From NCBI GenBank assembly GCA_900757025.1, contig CAAEMG010000007.1, forward strand, positions 7,976 to 71,975: DNA of 64,000 nucleotides, given 5' to 3'. Positions 36,943-47,814 of this stretch are shown in pieces. Positions within the stretch are counted from its first letter, which is position 1. Every line of letters starts with the position of its first letter. The notes under the pieces were generated by a model. It had not been told where the DNA came from, ran no database searches, and worked only from the letters and a program-made list of their open reading frames with translations. A program made the position numbers and the translations under genes. The stretch comes from Clostridia bacterium (GTDB taxonomy: Bacteria; Bacillota; Clostridia; Lachnospirales; Anaerotignaceae).

Positions 36943-37986
36943 TTATGCAGGGAAAATAGGTGGGAATGAAAGGCCTGTTTTTTCGTCAAGACCGAAAAGT
37001 ATGTTCATGTTCTGAACTGCCTGTCCTGCCGCACCTTTAACAAGGTTGTCTATTGCACCCACAACAATTACTCTGTTTGTTCTTTCATCTATTGTAAACC
37101 CAATGTCAACAAAGTTTGAACCCTTAACCCATCTTGTTTCAGGGAAAACGCCCTTCTTTGTAAGACGGATAAAGTATTCTTTGCCGTAATATTTTTCATA
37201 TATTGCTTTAATATCTTCATAAGATACTTTCTTTTTAAGTGTTGCATAGCAAGTTGCAAGTATTCCTCTGTTCATAGGTATAAGATGAGGAGTAAATGTA
37301 AGAGTTATTTTTTTGCCTGCCGCATAGCCAAGCTGTTCCTCTATTTCGGGAGTATGTCTGTGGCTTGCAAGCTTATATGCTTTAACTGTTTCGTTGCACT
37401 CGTCAAACATATTTGCAAGGTTAAGGCCTCTTCCTGCCCCTGTAACGCCTGATTTTGCGTCAACTATAATTGTATCCGTATCAATAATTCCTTCCGCAAC
37501 AAGAGGACGAAGGCTGAGAATTGAGCATGTTGTGTAGCAGCCCGGGTTTGCAATAAGCTGCTGACCCTTTATTTTATCCCTGTTTACTTCGCAAAGACCG
37601 TAAACGGCTGTTTTAAGAAGTTCTCTTCCTTCATGTTTAACGCCGTACCATGCTTCATATTCATCTGCATCTTTAAGACGGAAATCTGCGCCAAAGTCGA
37701 TTACCTTTGTTTTTGAAAGAATGTCTTCATTAACGACTTTGGCTGTAACTCCGTGAGGAAGAGCCATGAATATAACGTCACATTCCTCTGCAAGTTTTTC
37801 CATATCCATATCATCAAGAACGGTTTCGTTTATCTGTCTGTAATTTTCATATACCTCGTCAAAACTTTTGCCCACATAGCTGTGTGCTGTCATTTTAACT
37901 ATTTCTACCTCTGGGTGCTGCATAAGTATACGAACAAGCTCGTTGCCGGCATATCCTGTAGCTCCGACTATTCCTGCTTTTATCAT
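36943..37986 (-). CDS. argC: N-acetyl-gamma-glutamyl-phosphate reductase
   Basis: MIKAGIVGATGYAGNELVR..., ..NPGCYTT.. active-site Cys. Start ATG 37986 lies 8 nt after GGAGG. Confidence 0.92.
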   Translation of the reverse strand: MIKAGIVGATGYAGNELVRILMQHPEVEIVKMTAHSYVGKSFDEVYENYRQINETVLDDMDMEKLAEECDVIFMALPHGVTAKVVNEDILSKTKVIDFGADFRLKDADEYEAWYGVKHEGRELLKTAVYGLCEVNRDKIKGQQLIANPGCYTTCSILSLRPLVAEGIIDTDTIIVDAKSGVTGAGRGLNLANMFDECNETVKAYKLASHRHTPEIEEQLGYAAGKKITLTFTPHLIPMNRGILATCYATLKKKVSYEDIKAIYEKYYGKEYFIRLTKKGVFPETRWVKGSNFVDIGFTIDERTNRVIVVGAIDNLVKGAAGQAVQNMNILFGLDEKTGLSFPPIFPA

Positions 37987-38190
37987 TTTCATAACCTCCG
38001 TTTCAATTTTCTGTGTCAACATTTTAATAATTATACATACTTTTTAAAAAATATGCAAGAAATTTTAAAAAACAATTGAATTTTTATATTATACCATATA
38101 TAATTACATAGTACATATTCAGACAAAAATTTTTCCGTTTGTTGTTTGCGGAAAAATTTAATTACATATTATATAGGGAGGCATTTTAAA

Positions 38191-39411
38191 ATGGCAAAAG
38201 AAAAAATCGTTCTTGCCTACTCAGGCGGACTTGACACAACAGTTATTATCCCTTGGCTTAAAGAAAACTACAACGACGCAGAAGTTATAGCAGTATGCGG
38301 AAACGTAGGACAGGGCAAGGAAACAGAAGGTCTTGAAGAAAGAGCCCTTAAAACAGGCGCAAGCAAACTTTATATCGAAGATTTAACAGAAGAATTTTTA
38401 ACAGAGGCAGTTATTCCTTGTATCAAAGCTAATGCTGTTTACGAAGGCAAATACCTTCTCGGTACATCAATGGCAAGACCTATAATTGCAAAAAGACTTG
38501 TTGAAATTGCTCGTAAAGAAGGCGCAACTGCTATCTGCCACGGTGCAACAGGCAAAGGAAACGACCAGGTTCGTTTTGAACTTACAATAAAAGCACTTGC
38601 TCCTGACCTTAAAATTATTGCTCCTTGGAGACTTGATACATGGAAAATGCAGTCAAGAGAAGACGAGGTTGCTTACCTTGAGGCAAGAGGAATTGAAGCA
38701 CCTGTTAAAAAAGGCGACAGCTACAGCCGTGACAGAAATATCTGGCACATCAGCCATGAAGGTCTTGAACTTGAAGACCCGGCAAACGAGCCAAACTATG
38801 AACACCTTCTTAAACTTGGCGTTTCTCCCGAAAAAGCTCCAGATAAAGATACATACGTTACTCTTACATTTGAAAAAGGCGTATGCACAGCTATCAACGG
38901 CAAAAAAATGGGCCCTGTTGAAATTCTTACAGAGCTTAACAAAATCGGCGGCGAAAACGGCATAGGCATTACAGATATCTGCGAAAACCGTGTTGTAGGC
39001 ATGAAGTCAAGAGGCGTATACGAAACACCCGGCGGAACAATTCTTTACTATGCTCACCGTGAACTTGAATACCTTACACTTGACAAACAGACACAGGCTT
39101 GGAATGAAATCTGCTCAACTAAATTTACAGAGCTTGTTTACAGCGGCGAATGGTTCACACCTCTTCGTGAATCACTTTCAGCATACTTTGACAGCGTAAA
39201 CGAAGTTGTTACAGGTGAAGTTAAACTTAAACTTTACAAAGGCAACATTATTTCAGCCGGTTCAACAAGCCCATACTCACTCTACAATGAGTCAATCGCT
39301 TCCTTCACAACAGGCGAACTTTACAACCACAAAGACGCTGACGGTTTCATCAACCTCTTCGGTCTTCCATTAAAGGTTCGTGCTATGATGAAGCAGAACA
39401 TGAACAAATAA
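38191..39411 (+). CDS. argG: Argininosuccinate synthase
   Basis: [18 protein letters not shown]... Start ATG 38191 follows an AGGGAGG SD. Confidence 0.95.
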   Translation: MAKEKIVLAYSGGLDTTVIIPWLKENYNDAEVIAVCGNVGQGKETEGLEERALKTGASKLYIEDLTEEFLTEAVIPCIKANAVYEGKYLLGTSMARPIIAKRLVEIARKEGATAICHGATGKGNDQVRFELTIKALAPDLKIIAPWRLDTWKMQSREDEVAYLEARGIEAPVKKGDSYSRDRNIWHISHEGLELEDPANEPNYEHLLKLGVSPEKAPDKDTYVTLTFEKGVCTAINGKKMGPVEILTELNKIGGENGIGITDICENRVVGMKSRGVYETPGGTILYYAHRELEYLTLDKQTQAWNEICSTKFTELVYSGEWFTPLRESLSAYFDSVNEVVTGEVKLKLYKGNIISAGSTSPYSLYNESIASFTTGELYNHKDADGFINLFGLPLKVRAMMKQNMNK

Positions 39412-39497
39412 TTTTTTGTTTAAACTATAATGATTAAACTTAGGGAAGCAGTTTTAATGCTTCCCTGTTTTTTAAATAAGAAAGGACGTTTATAATA

Positions 39498-40880
39498 ATG
39501 AGCAAACTTTGGGGCGGACGCTTTACAAAGCAGACAGACAGCTTTACAGACCATTTTCATTCTTCCATATCTTTTGACCAGAGAATGTATAAAGAAGATA
39601 TAACAGGCAGCATTGCCCATGCCGGTATGCTTGGCGCACAGGGAATTATTCCTCTTGAAGACGCAAAACTTATACAGAAAACTCTTAAAGAAATACTTGC
39701 GGATATAGAAGCAGGCAAAGTTGAATTTGACGAAAAAGCCGAAGACATCCATATGAATATAGAAACAATTCTTATAGAAAGAATAGGCGATGTTGGCAAA
39801 CGCCTCCACACAGGCAGAAGCCGTAACGACCAGGTTGCCCTTGATATAAGAATGTATGTAAAAGAAGAAATTACAAACATAAAGGCTCTTATACTTGACC
39901 TTGAAAAAGAGCTTAACGAAATTGCAAAGAAAAACACAGACACAATTATGCCCGGCTATACTCATCTTCAAAGAGCACAGCCTATTACATTTGCACATCA
40001 TGTGCTTGCCTATGTTGAAATGCTTAAAAGAGACTATGACCGTCTTACAGACACATATAAACGTACAAACGTGCTTCCTCTTGGCAGCGGCGCTCTTGCA
40101 ACAACAACATATCCTCTCGACAGATATATGGTTGCAAAAGAGCTTGGCTTTGACGGCGTAACTCTTAACAGCCTTGACGGCGTTTCAGACAGGGATTTTT
40201 GTATTGAGCTTTTAAACGCTCTTTCAATACTTATGATGCACCTTAGCCGTTTCTGTGAGGAAATAATTCTTTGGAGCAGCCATGAATTTAAGTTTGTTGA
40301 GCTTGATGACGCCTATTCAACAGGCTCAAGCATTATGCCACAGAAGAAAAACCCCGATATGGCAGAGCTTATAAGAGGAAAAACAGGCAGGGTTTACGGC
40401 TATCTTATGGGCCTTCTTACAACTATGAAGGGACTTCCTCTTGCATACAACAAAGATATGCAGGAAGATAAAGAAGGTGTTTTTGCCGCAATAGACACAG
40501 TTAAAATGTGCCTTCCTGTATTTACAAGAATGGTTGCCACTATGACCGTTCGCAAGCAGAATATGTATGAGGCTGCAAAGGGCGGCTTCACAAACGCAAC
40601 AGACGCCGCAGACTGGCTTGTTAAACAGGGCGTTCCTTTCAGAGATGCCCATGCAATTATAGGTCAGCTTGTGCTTTACTGCATAAACAACAACACAAAC
40701 CTTGACGACCTTTCAATAGAAGAATACAAGGCAATTTCCCCTGTTTTCAACGAAAGTGTATATGACGCAATAAAGGTTGAAAAATGCGTTGAAGCAAGAA
40801 ATGTTGTTGGCGGTCCTTCAAAACAATACACAACAAAGCTTATTGCGGAAAACGAGGAATACTTCAAAAACCTTAAATAA
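39498..40880 (+). CDS. argH: Argininosuccinate lyase
   Basis: MSKLWGGRF..., ..TGRSRNDQV.., ..[12 protein letters not shown].. fumarate-lyase signature. Confidence 0.95.
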   Translation: MSKLWGGRFTKQTDSFTDHFHSSISFDQRMYKEDITGSIAHAGMLGAQGIIPLEDAKLIQKTLKEILADIEAGKVEFDEKAEDIHMNIETILIERIGDVGKRLHTGRSRNDQVALDIRMYVKEEITNIKALILDLEKELNEIAKKNTDTIMPGYTHLQRAQPITFAHHVLAYVEMLKRDYDRLTDTYKRTNVLPLGSGALATTTYPLDRYMVAKELGFDGVTLNSLDGVSDRDFCIELLNALSILMMHLSRFCEEIILWSSHEFKFVELDDAYSTGSSIMPQKKNPDMAELIRGKTGRVYGYLMGLLTTMKGLPLAYNKDMQEDKEGVFAAIDTVKMCLPVFTRMVATMTVRKQNMYEAAKGGFTNATDAADWLVKQGVPFRDAHAIIGQLVLYCINNNTNLDDLSIEEYKAISPVFNESVYDAIKVEKCVEARNVVGGPSKQYTTKLIAENEEYFKNLK

Positions 40881-40898
40881 AACAGGAGGCTTAAGTTT

Positions 40899-41366
40899 AT
40901 GGAAAGAAAAATGAGAAGACAGGACAGGCTTGCCACAGCCGAAGAAACAGCAGAAATTTTAAATGAAGCTCTTTACGGCATACTTTCTACTGCCGGCAAT
41001 GAAAATATGCCCTACGGTGTGCCTTTAAGCTATGTTTATGTAAACGGCTACATATATTTCCATTGTGCAAAGGAAGGCAGAAAACTTGACAATATGGCAC
41101 AAAACAGCCATGTTTGCTTTACAGCTGTTTCAAAAGCCGAAACACTTGCCGATAAATTTTCCGTAAACTTCAGGTCTGCCGTTGTTGAGGGCAAAGCCGA
41201 AAAGGTTGAAGATGAAAAAGAAAGACTTACAGCCTTTACGGAAATTATAAAAAAATACAGCCCAAACTTTATTAAAGAAGGCATGGAGTATATAGAAAAA
41301 GGTGCATCCGCAGCACTTATATACAAAATTGTGCCCGAAAGCATAAGCGGAAAACTGAGACGATAA
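40899..41366 (+). CDS. Pyridoxamine 5'-phosphate oxidase-like FMN-binding split-barrel protein (NimA-like)
   Basis: 155 aa. MRRQDR..., ..YGILST....PYGVPLSYVY..G.IYFHCAKEG.K pattern. Confidence 0.7.
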   Translation: MERKMRRQDRLATAEETAEILNEALYGILSTAGNENMPYGVPLSYVYVNGYIYFHCAKEGRKLDNMAQNSHVCFTAVSKAETLADKFSVNFRSAVVEGKAEKVEDEKERLTAFTEIIKKYSPNFIKEGMEYIEKGASAALIYKIVPESISGKLRR

Positions 41367-41375
41367 AAAATGTTG

Positions 41376-41402
41376 GCACTGCCTTAATGGCAGTGCTTTT
41401 TT
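41376..41402 (+). terminator. Intrinsic terminator after the argGH-PNPOx genes
   Basis: GCACTGCC-TTAAT-GGCAGTGC followed by TTTTTT. Confidence 0.85.
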
Positions 41403-41408
41403 GATGTG

Positions 41409-41630
41409 AATTAGGGTTTGACGAATACTCATTTTTGTTTAAAGCCACCAACCTTTTGTCATGTTAAGTTTGCGGAATCTATGTATTCCGCCTGCGAATT
41501 CCTCTTTGCGGAACGGCTCGTTCAGAATTTTCCTTTGGAAAATTCTTGACCAAGCAAAATTCCTGAGCAAAGGAAGGCTTGTAGGGTGTTGGGGCAAAGC
41601 CCCAAGGTCTTAAACAAATCAAAATTTTAC
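41409..41630 (+). repeat. Mosaic intergenic repeat, copy R8 (array of short hairpins)
   Basis: TTAGGGTTTGACGAATAC box, CCTTTTGTCATGTTAAG box, and hairpins at 41472-41491, 41525-41545 and 41591-41603. The TTGTAGGG..GGGGCAAAGCC tail is shared with R5 and R6. Confidence 0.65.
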
Positions 41631-41637
41631 ACAAAAA

Positions 41638-41663
41638 AGGCACATGACATCCGCCATGTGCCT
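41638..41663 (-). terminator. Intrinsic terminator of rubrerythrin
   Basis: AGGCACATG-...-CATGTGCCT with a T-run on the minus strand. Confidence 0.8.
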
Positions 41664-41687
41664 TTAATCTCTTTAACAGCCACAAAA

Positions 41688-42227
41688 TCAATAATTTTCA
41701 GCCTTAATCTGGAAATACTTCTGAGGATGATTGCACACAGGACAAACCTCCGGTGCGGATTTTCCTATATGAATGTGTCCGCAGTTTGCACACTGCCAAA
41801 CCACATCTCCGTCCTTTGAAAATACAATTCCTTTTTCAATATTCTGGAAAAGCTTTCTGTATCTTTCCTCATGTTCTTTTTCTATTGCCGCAACGCCCTC
41901 AAAAAGCTGTGCTATTTCTTCAAAGCCCTCTTCTCTTGCTTCTTTTGCAAATGTAGGGTACATTTCTGTCCATTCATAGTTTTCGCCTGTTGCCGCCGCC
42001 ACAAGGTTTGAAAGAGTGTCCTTTACAACGCCGCCTTCAAGCAGCTTAAACCATATTTTTGCGTGTTCCTTTTCGTTGTCAGCCGTTTCTTCAAAAATAT
42101 TTCCGATCTGAACATATCCGTCGCTTTTTGCCTTTGAAGCAAAGTATCTGTATTTATTTGTAGCTTCGCTTTCCCCTGCATAAGCCGCCATCAAGTTTTT
42201 TTCTGTTTTTGTTCCTTTAAGTTCCAT
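41688..42227 (-). CDS. rbr: Rubrerythrin
   Basis: Ferritin-like diiron domain (..[14 protein letters not shown].., ..EKEHAKIW..) plus a C-terminal rubredoxin CxxC...CPVC. Start at ATG 42227. Confidence 0.9.
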   Translation of the reverse strand: MELKGTKTEKNLMAAYAGESEATNKYRYFASKAKSDGYVQIGNIFEETADNEKEHAKIWFKLLEGGVVKDTLSNLVAAATGENYEWTEMYPTFAKEAREEGFEEIAQLFEGVAAIEKEHEERYRKLFQNIEKGIVFSKDGDVVWQCANCGHIHIGKSAPEVCPVCNHPQKYFQIKAENY

Positions 42228-42264
42228 AATACCCTCCACTTTATTTGATACTTATTATTAATCG

Positions 42265-42277
42265 ATAATCATTATTT
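42265..42277 (-). promoter_or_regulatory. Fur-family (PerR/Fur-type) box-like palindrome
   Basis: AATAATGATTATC contains the perfect ATAAT-G-ATTAT palindrome. It lies between the putative promoter and the rbr SD. Confidence 0.5.
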
Positions 42278-42289
42278 TTTGTGTTCTTA

Positions 42290-42317
42290 TTATAACTCTT
42301 TTTTCAAAAAAATCAAT
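42290..42317 (-). promoter_or_regulatory. Putative sigma-A promoter of rubrerythrin
   Basis: TTGATT, 16-nt spacer, TATAAT (42295-42290). Confidence 0.55.
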
Positions 42318-42319
42318 AT

Positions 42320-42961
42320 TTATTTTTCTTTTTTCCCCAATAAATACCCGACAAAATAAAAAATATACCCAAGCACAATAAAAAATACCGACATAAGAAC
42401 TATGTTTTTAAAAACGGCACTAAAGCCATAAACATCCAATGCCATAAAGTTATAAGGATACCTGCTTTCCTGGTTTGGATAAAACTGCCCTATATGAGCC
42501 ACAACAACAGTAAAAATCACATAGGCATATGGAAAAATAATCCAAAGCAAAGGGTCATATATTTTATAACAGCCTTTTTTGTCAAATATAAGCCAGTCTG
42601 CCACAACGCACACAGGAATAAAAACGTGTACAATAAAATTTCCCAATACATCTGACTTCATAAATAAATCATATGCCGTATATGGTTCAGATTTAAGAAT
42701 TGTATTATAAACAACCCCGGTAACGGTTATCATCATAATAACAGCACCTTTAAACCTTAAAAAGCTTCGGTTCTGGCTTATTTTAGGGTTTGCCAGAAGC
42801 AGAAAATATATTACCGTAACAATAATGTTGCTTATAACCGTAAAGTGCATAAATTTATATGCCGGCGGAGCACCACGCAAAAAATCCAAATGCAGATACA
42901 ATCCCGTAAAACCTCCGACGGCTATTATTCCCTTAAAAATACGGCTTAATTTGTCTTTCAT
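42320..42961 (-). CDS. Polytopic integral membrane protein of unknown function (possibly Pr6Pr/FAR-17a-like)
   Basis: 213 aa with about 6 hydrophobic segments. The family assignment is from memory only. Confidence 0.5.
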   Translation of the reverse strand: MKDKLSRIFKGIIAVGGFTGLYLHLDFLRGAPPAYKFMHFTVISNIIVTVIYFLLLANPKISQNRSFLRFKGAVIMMITVTGVVYNTILKSEPYTAYDLFMKSDVLGNFIVHVFIPVCVVADWLIFDKKGCYKIYDPLLWIIFPYAYVIFTVVVAHIGQFYPNQESRYPYNFMALDVYGFSAVFKNIVLMSVFFIVLGYIFYFVGYLLGKKEK

Positions 42962-43084
42962 TTACATCCCTCCGTAAACTGAATTATACTTCAATAATAT
43001 ACCAAAAAATCGCTTTAAAAAAGCATTATATTAACCAAAAACGGGCATACTTTTTCTAAATTATAATAGAAAGGACTGAAAAAA

Positions 43085-43267
43085 ATGGTTTACAGAGTAA
43101 ATGAAAATTGCATTGGCTGTGGAATGTGCGAAAGTCTTTGTCCGGAAGTTTTTTATATTAACAATGAAAATGTTGCCGAAGCAAAATCTTTTGTTCCCGA
43201 TGGCTGTGCCGACGCTGCGGAAGATGCACGAAAAAGCTGTCCTGTGGACGCAATAGAAAAAGAATAA
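43085..43267 (+). CDS. Ferredoxin (single 4Fe-4S cluster type)
   Basis: 60 aa with CIGCGMCESLCP ... CPVDAI. Confidence 0.85.
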   Translation: MVYRVNENCIGCGMCESLCPEVFYINNENVAEAKSFVPDGCADAAEDARKSCPVDAIEKE

Positions 43268-43272
43268 GCAAA

Positions 43273-43302
43273 AAGCCTGTTTCATTTTACCGAAACAGGC
43301 TT
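43273..43302. terminator. Bidirectional terminator between ferredoxin and gpsA
   Basis: AAGCCTGTTTC-...-GAAACAGGCTT flanked by A/T runs. Confidence 0.85.
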
Positions 43303-43317
43303 TTAAATATCATTTAT

Positions 43318-44328
43318 TTATTCGTTTTTAAGGAAATTTATTTCGTCTTTTGAAGAACGCATCATAAGCTCTATAACAGCCTTTCTTGCATCCTTTCCTT
43401 CATAAAGAACCTCATTTATTGCCTTTATTATAGGCATATCCACATTATATTTTTCGGAAAACATAAGAGCGGCTTTTGCCGTATTTGCTCCTTCAACAAC
43501 CATATGAACCTCTGTAAGAGTTTCTTCAAGGCTTTTGCCCTGTCCAAGAAGTATGCCGGCTCTTCTGTTTCGTGAGTGCATACTTGTGCAGGTAACAATA
43601 AGGTCACCAACGCCGGAAAGCCCCATAAATGTTTCAAGTTTTCCGCCCATTGCTATTCCCAAACGGCATATTTCGGCAAGTCCTCTTGTTATAAGGGCTG
43701 CTTTTGTGTTGTCGCCAAAGCCAAGGCCGTCGCTCATTCCTGCCGCAAGGGCAATTATATTTTTAAGTGCCGCACCCATTTCCATACCTATTGTATCGGC
43801 GTTTGTATAGAGCCTGAATGTAGGGTTTCCAAATTCCGCCTGAACCATTTTTGCCGTTGCCATATTGTCGCAGGAAACGGCACAAACCGTAGGTATTCCC
43901 TTACCAACTTCTTCTGCATGGGTAGGGCCAACCATTGTGCATACTTCGCACTGTGGAACACATTCTTTTATAACCTGTGAAAGTCTTAAATAGGTTCCGC
44001 CTTCAAGGCCTTTTGCCACGTTTACTATAATCTGTCCTTCTTTTAATATAGGAGAAAAACGCGTCATTGTTGTTCTTACGTGTTTTGAAGGAACGGCATT
44101 TATTACTATTTCCGCATTTTCAACAGCCTCTTTATCGTCTGCTGTAACCTTAATTGTTTCTCTTACAGGTATATTGGGAAGATATTCGCTGTTTTCGCCA
44201 TTTTCCTTTATGGCTTTTGCCGCCTCTTCCCTTCTGCACCAAATTGTTACATCATGTCCGTATTTATCCAGCATAACGGCAAGGGCAGTTCCCCATCCGC
44301 CGGAGCCTATAACCGATACTTTTTTCAT
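43318..44328 (-). CDS. gpsA: NAD(P)H-dependent glycerol-3-phosphate dehydrogenase
   Basis: MKKVSVIGSGGWGTALA... 336 aa with the GpsA pattern. Confidence 0.92.
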   Translation of the reverse strand: MKKVSVIGSGGWGTALAVMLDKYGHDVTIWCRREEAAKAIKENGENSEYLPNIPVRETIKVTADDKEAVENAEIVINAVPSKHVRTTMTRFSPILKEGQIIVNVAKGLEGGTYLRLSQVIKECVPQCEVCTMVGPTHAEEVGKGIPTVCAVSCDNMATAKMVQAEFGNPTFRLYTNADTIGMEMGAALKNIIALAAGMSDGLGFGDNTKAALITRGLAEICRLGIAMGGKLETFMGLSGVGDLIVTCTSMHSRNRRAGILLGQGKSLEETLTEVHMVVEGANTAKAALMFSEKYNVDMPIIKAINEVLYEGKDARKAVIELMMRSSKDEINFLKNE

Positions 44329-44434
44329 ACTGAAAACCTCCTTTGGCAGTTAGGTGTGTACCAATAAGAAAACATATAAAAGTTAAGCAACTTTCGGCAT
44401 TTCAAAATTTATGCTTTCTTATTCGGGCGCACCC

Positions 44435-45043
44435 TTACGCCTGCTTCTTTTTATAAAGGCTTCTTTCGTTGCCGTGAATAATTCTTTCTATATTGGCTCT
44501 GTGCTGATATGCCGCCAAAACCATCATTAAAGATACAACTAATGTAATCTCGTTTCCGGCACCTGTAAAATAGCAGGCAAAAGGAACGGTAATAACAAAC
44601 ATAAGAGAACCCATTGAAACATAGCCCTTTATAAGCACGCCTATTATTCCCAATCCGTAGGAAAAAGCCGCTATCCAAGGGCTTACGGTTACGCTTAGGC
44701 ACATTATAAGCCCTATTGTTGCCGCAATTCCTTTTCCGCCTTTAAAAGAAAGATAAAAAGGAAAATCGTGGCCCAATACGGCTCCTGCCGAAGCGTAAAC
44801 TCCTGCAACAATGCTTCTGCCGAAAATATGGTAGGCTATTACAAAAGCCAAAACAGCTTTTAAAATATCACAGGTAAAAGTAATTGCCGCAGCTTTTTTG
44901 CCCAAAACCCTGAGGGCATTTGTTGAGCCTAAATTTCCGCTGCCGTATTTTCTTATGTCTTTATGCCAAATTTTTCCCACTATGTAGGCTGACTGTATGC
45001 AGCCGATAAAATATCCGAGAACCAAACAAATAAGCCTGAACAT
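44435..45043 (-). CDS. plsY: Glycerol-3-phosphate acyltransferase PlsY
   Basis: ..SGNLGSTNALR.., ..FKGGKGIA.. 202-aa membrane protein. Confidence 0.92.
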   Translation of the reverse strand: MFRLICLVLGYFIGCIQSAYIVGKIWHKDIRKYGSGNLGSTNALRVLGKKAAAITFTCDILKAVLAFVIAYHIFGRSIVAGVYASAGAVLGHDFPFYLSFKGGKGIAATIGLIMCLSVTVSPWIAAFSYGLGIIGVLIKGYVSMGSLMFVITVPFACYFTGAGNEITLVVSLMMVLAAYQHRANIERIIHGNERSLYKKKQA

Positions 45044-46374
45044 TATTCCTTTTCACCCTTTTCACGAACGATAAAATGTATAGGTGTTCCGCTGAAGCCG
45101 AAAGCATCTCTAAGCTGATTTTCAAGGTATCTTCTGTATGAGAAGTGCATAAGCTCTCTGCTGTTTACGAATATAACAAATGTAGGCGGCTTTGTGCTTA
45201 CCTGTGTCATATAGTATATTCTAAGCTGTTTGCCCTTGTCACTTGGCGGCTGCTGCATAGCCATGGCTTCTATAAGAACATCGTTAAGCACACCTGTGCT
45301 TATTCTTATGTTGTGGTTTTCGTTTACAACTTTTATTGTATCTATAAGCTTTGAAACTCTCTGTCCTGTTTTTGCACTTATAAACACCCTTGGGGCATAA
45401 GGCATATATGCAAGCTCGTTTGCAATATCTTTAAGGAACTTATTCATTGTTTTGTCGTCTTTTTCAACGCTGTCCCATTTATTTACGGCTATTATTGCAG
45501 CCTTTCCTCTTTCGTGGGCAATTCCGGCAATTTTTGTATCCTGATCCGTAATGCCTTCGTTTGCGTCTATAACAAGTATTGCAACGTCACATCTTTCAAC
45601 AGCCGAAACGGCTCTTATTATGCTGAAACGCTCGATTTCTTCTTTAATTTTGCTTTTTCTTCTCATTCCCGCTGTGTCTATAAACACAAACTTCTGTCCG
45701 TTTATCTCTATAGGGGAATCTATTGCATCTCTTGTTGTGCCTGGGATATTGCTTACTATAAGCCTGTCCTCTCCGAGAATACTGTTTACAAGCGAAGATT
45801 TGCCTACGTTTGGCTTACCTATAATGGCAACCTTTATAACGTCCTCTTCTTCAATATTGTCGCTGCCTTCCGGGAAGTAGCCTGTAACTACTTCAAGAAG
45901 GTCGCCAAGACCAAGCATTTGTCCTGCGGAAATAGGAATAGGCTCACCCATGCCGAGGCTGTAAAATTCATATACGTCAAGATTTTCTTTACGCATATTG
46001 TCTACCTTGTTTACGGCAAGAACAACAGGCTTTTTGCTCTTTCTGAGCATATGGGCAACTTGAAGGTCATCTTCCGTTACGCCCTGTTTAACATCTGTTA
46101 CAAATATAATAACGTCTGCCGTTTCAATGGCTATTTCTGCCTGAACTATAATCTGTTTAAGTATAACGTCCTCTGTTCCCGGTTCCATACCGCCTGTATC
46201 TATAAGTGTAAAACGGTAATTAAGCCAGTCTACATCGGCATATATTCTGTCTCTTGTAACGCCGGGAGTATCCTGAACTATTGAAATTCTTTCGCCGGCA
46301 AGCTTATTGAAAAGTGTGGATTTGCCTACATTCGGCCTGCCCACAACTGCAACAATGGGTTTAACTTTACTCAT
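45043..46374 (-). CDS. der: Ribosome biogenesis GTPase Der (EngA)
   Basis: Two G-domains ([18 protein letters not shown]) plus a KH-like C-terminus. Confidence 0.95.
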   Translation of the reverse strand: MSKVKPIVAVVGRPNVGKSTLFNKLAGERISIVQDTPGVTRDRIYADVDWLNYRFTLIDTGGMEPGTEDVILKQIIVQAEIAIETADVIIFVTDVKQGVTEDDLQVAHMLRKSKKPVVLAVNKVDNMRKENLDVYEFYSLGMGEPIPISAGQMLGLGDLLEVVTGYFPEGSDNIEEEDVIKVAIIGKPNVGKSSLVNSILGEDRLIVSNIPGTTRDAIDSPIEINGQKFVFIDTAGMRRKSKIKEEIERFSIIRAVSAVERCDVAILVIDANEGITDQDTKIAGIAHERGKAAIIAVNKWDSVEKDDKTMNKFLKDIANELAYMPYAPRVFISAKTGQRVSKLIDTIKVVNENHNIRISTGVLNDVLIEAMAMQQPPSDKGKQLRIYYMTQVSTKPPTFVIFVNSRELMHFSYRRYLENQLRDAFGFSGTPIHFIVREKGEKE

Positions 46375-46392
46375 TTTTTCTCCTCCGTAAAT

Positions 46393-47805
46393 TTATCTGT
46401 GTTTTTTATTATATTTTTGTTTTTTGTGTTGTTTCGGCTGTTTATGCGGTTTTGTTTCTTCGTTTTTTTCCAAAAGTGTTTTTATAAAATCACTGCCGCT
46501 TTCGCCTGTGGTTTTTACTTTTATATTAAGCCTTTTTTCTATATCGGCAAGTGTCAAATCGTCAAGAAGTGTTGTTTCTCCGCTTCTTAATATGCTTTTA
46601 GGCAGACAAAGATATTCTCCAAGTGGCTTTCCTTCAAGCTGGCCTATTATATCCTGCCCCGTAAGAAGCCCCGCAACGGTTATCTTTCCGCCGAAAAATT
46701 CATTTTTAATTTCATATGTGTGTATGGTAAGGTTTTCATATTTTTCTTCAAGCCTTTTGCAAAGACCGTCTATAAACCAGAAAGCAGCCTCTCCCGTGGC
46801 AACGGAAATCTCTTTTTTAAGCGAACTGTCGGCTTTAATTTTTTCAAAATATTCGTCAAACTCCTCTTTCATAAGAGAAATCATACCTACGCCGTTTTCA
46901 AACTGTGAAAAATCTTCGTATCTTTCACATGGCGGCATTGGAACACCGGCATTTATATAAAACTCGTCGGAAATAAAAACAAATGACGAGCCTATTTCTT
47001 CTTTAAGCTTTCTCTGCCATTTTTCCACAAGTTCTATAACCGCCAAGCTGTCCTCTTTTTCAAAGGGCTGCATGGGGAAAAGTCCGTCACGATACCTTGT
47101 TATTCCGACAGGCACAACGGAAAGGCTTTTTGCGTGGGGATAAAACTCTGCCAAATCTTTTATTGATTTTTCAAGTATTTTTCCGTCATTTACACCTTTG
47201 CACAAAACAATCTGAAGGTTCATTTCTATTCCCGCATCTGCCAGAAGGTGCATTCTTTTAAGCACATTATCGGCAAAACGGTTATGAAGCATTTTTTTTC
47301 TAAGCTCCAAATCCGTTGTATGAACCGAAACGTTTATAGGCGAAAGATGATAATATATTATTCTTTGCAAATCCTCATCTTTCATATTAGTAAGAGTTAC
47401 GTAGTTTCCCTGAAGGAATGAAAGACGGCTGTCATCATCTTTAAAATAAAGTGTTTCTCTCATGCCTTTCGGAAGCTGGTCTATAAAGCAGAAAATACAC
47501 TTGTTTCGGCAGCTTTTGGCTTCATCCATAAGCCCATCGGCAAAAACAATGCCCAAATCTTCATAATAGTCCTTTTCTATTTCGGTTGTACATATTTCTC
47601 CCTGCTTTGTTTTTATCTCCAGCTCCACATATTCATCGTTTATAAGGTATCTGTAGTCAAAAACATCTTCTACGGCTTTTCCGTTTATAGAAAGAAGTAT
47701 ATCACCTTTTTCAAGACCTATTTCCTCGGCTATGCTTCCTTTTTCAACTTTTACTATTATATTTTCTTTCTTTTCCTTACCTATGGTTCTTTTGCTAAGT
47801 TCCAT
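46393..47805 (-). CDS. DUF512 radical-SAM-like protein with an N-terminal PDZ domain
   Basis: PDZ-like N-terminus, Cys motif CRNKCIFCF. The position upstream of der is conserved in Clostridia. Confidence 0.75.
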   Translation of the reverse strand: MELSKRTIGKEKKENIIVKVEKGSIAEEIGLEKGDILLSINGKAVEDVFDYRYLINDEYVELEIKTKQGEICTTEIEKDYYEDLGIVFADGLMDEAKSCRNKCIFCFIDQLPKGMRETLYFKDDDSRLSFLQGNYVTLTNMKDEDLQRIIYYHLSPINVSVHTTDLELRKKMLHNRFADNVLKRMHLLADAGIEMNLQIVLCKGVNDGKILEKSIKDLAEFYPHAKSLSVVPVGITRYRDGLFPMQPFEKEDSLAVIELVEKWQRKLKEEIGSSFVFISDEFYINAGVPMPPCERYEDFSQFENGVGMISLMKEEFDEYFEKIKADSSLKKEISVATGEAAFWFIDGLCKRLEEKYENLTIHTYEIKNEFFGGKITVAGLLTGQDIIGQLEGKPLGEYLCLPKSILRSGETTLLDDLTLADIEKRLNIKVKTTGESGSDFIKTLLEKNEETKPHKQPKQHKKQKYNKKHR

Positions 47806-47814
47806 TTTTTCTCC

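Noticed and set aside
38023-38190. ARG boxes (ArgR/AhrC operators) in the argC/argG divergent region. Examples: ATTGAATTTTTATATTAT (38074-38091) and TATGCAAGAAATTTTA (38051-38066).
   Set aside because: Only the TGAAT half plus the AT-rich centre match the consensus TNTGAATWWWWATTCANW. In such AT-rich DNA this is too weak to call without a PWM.
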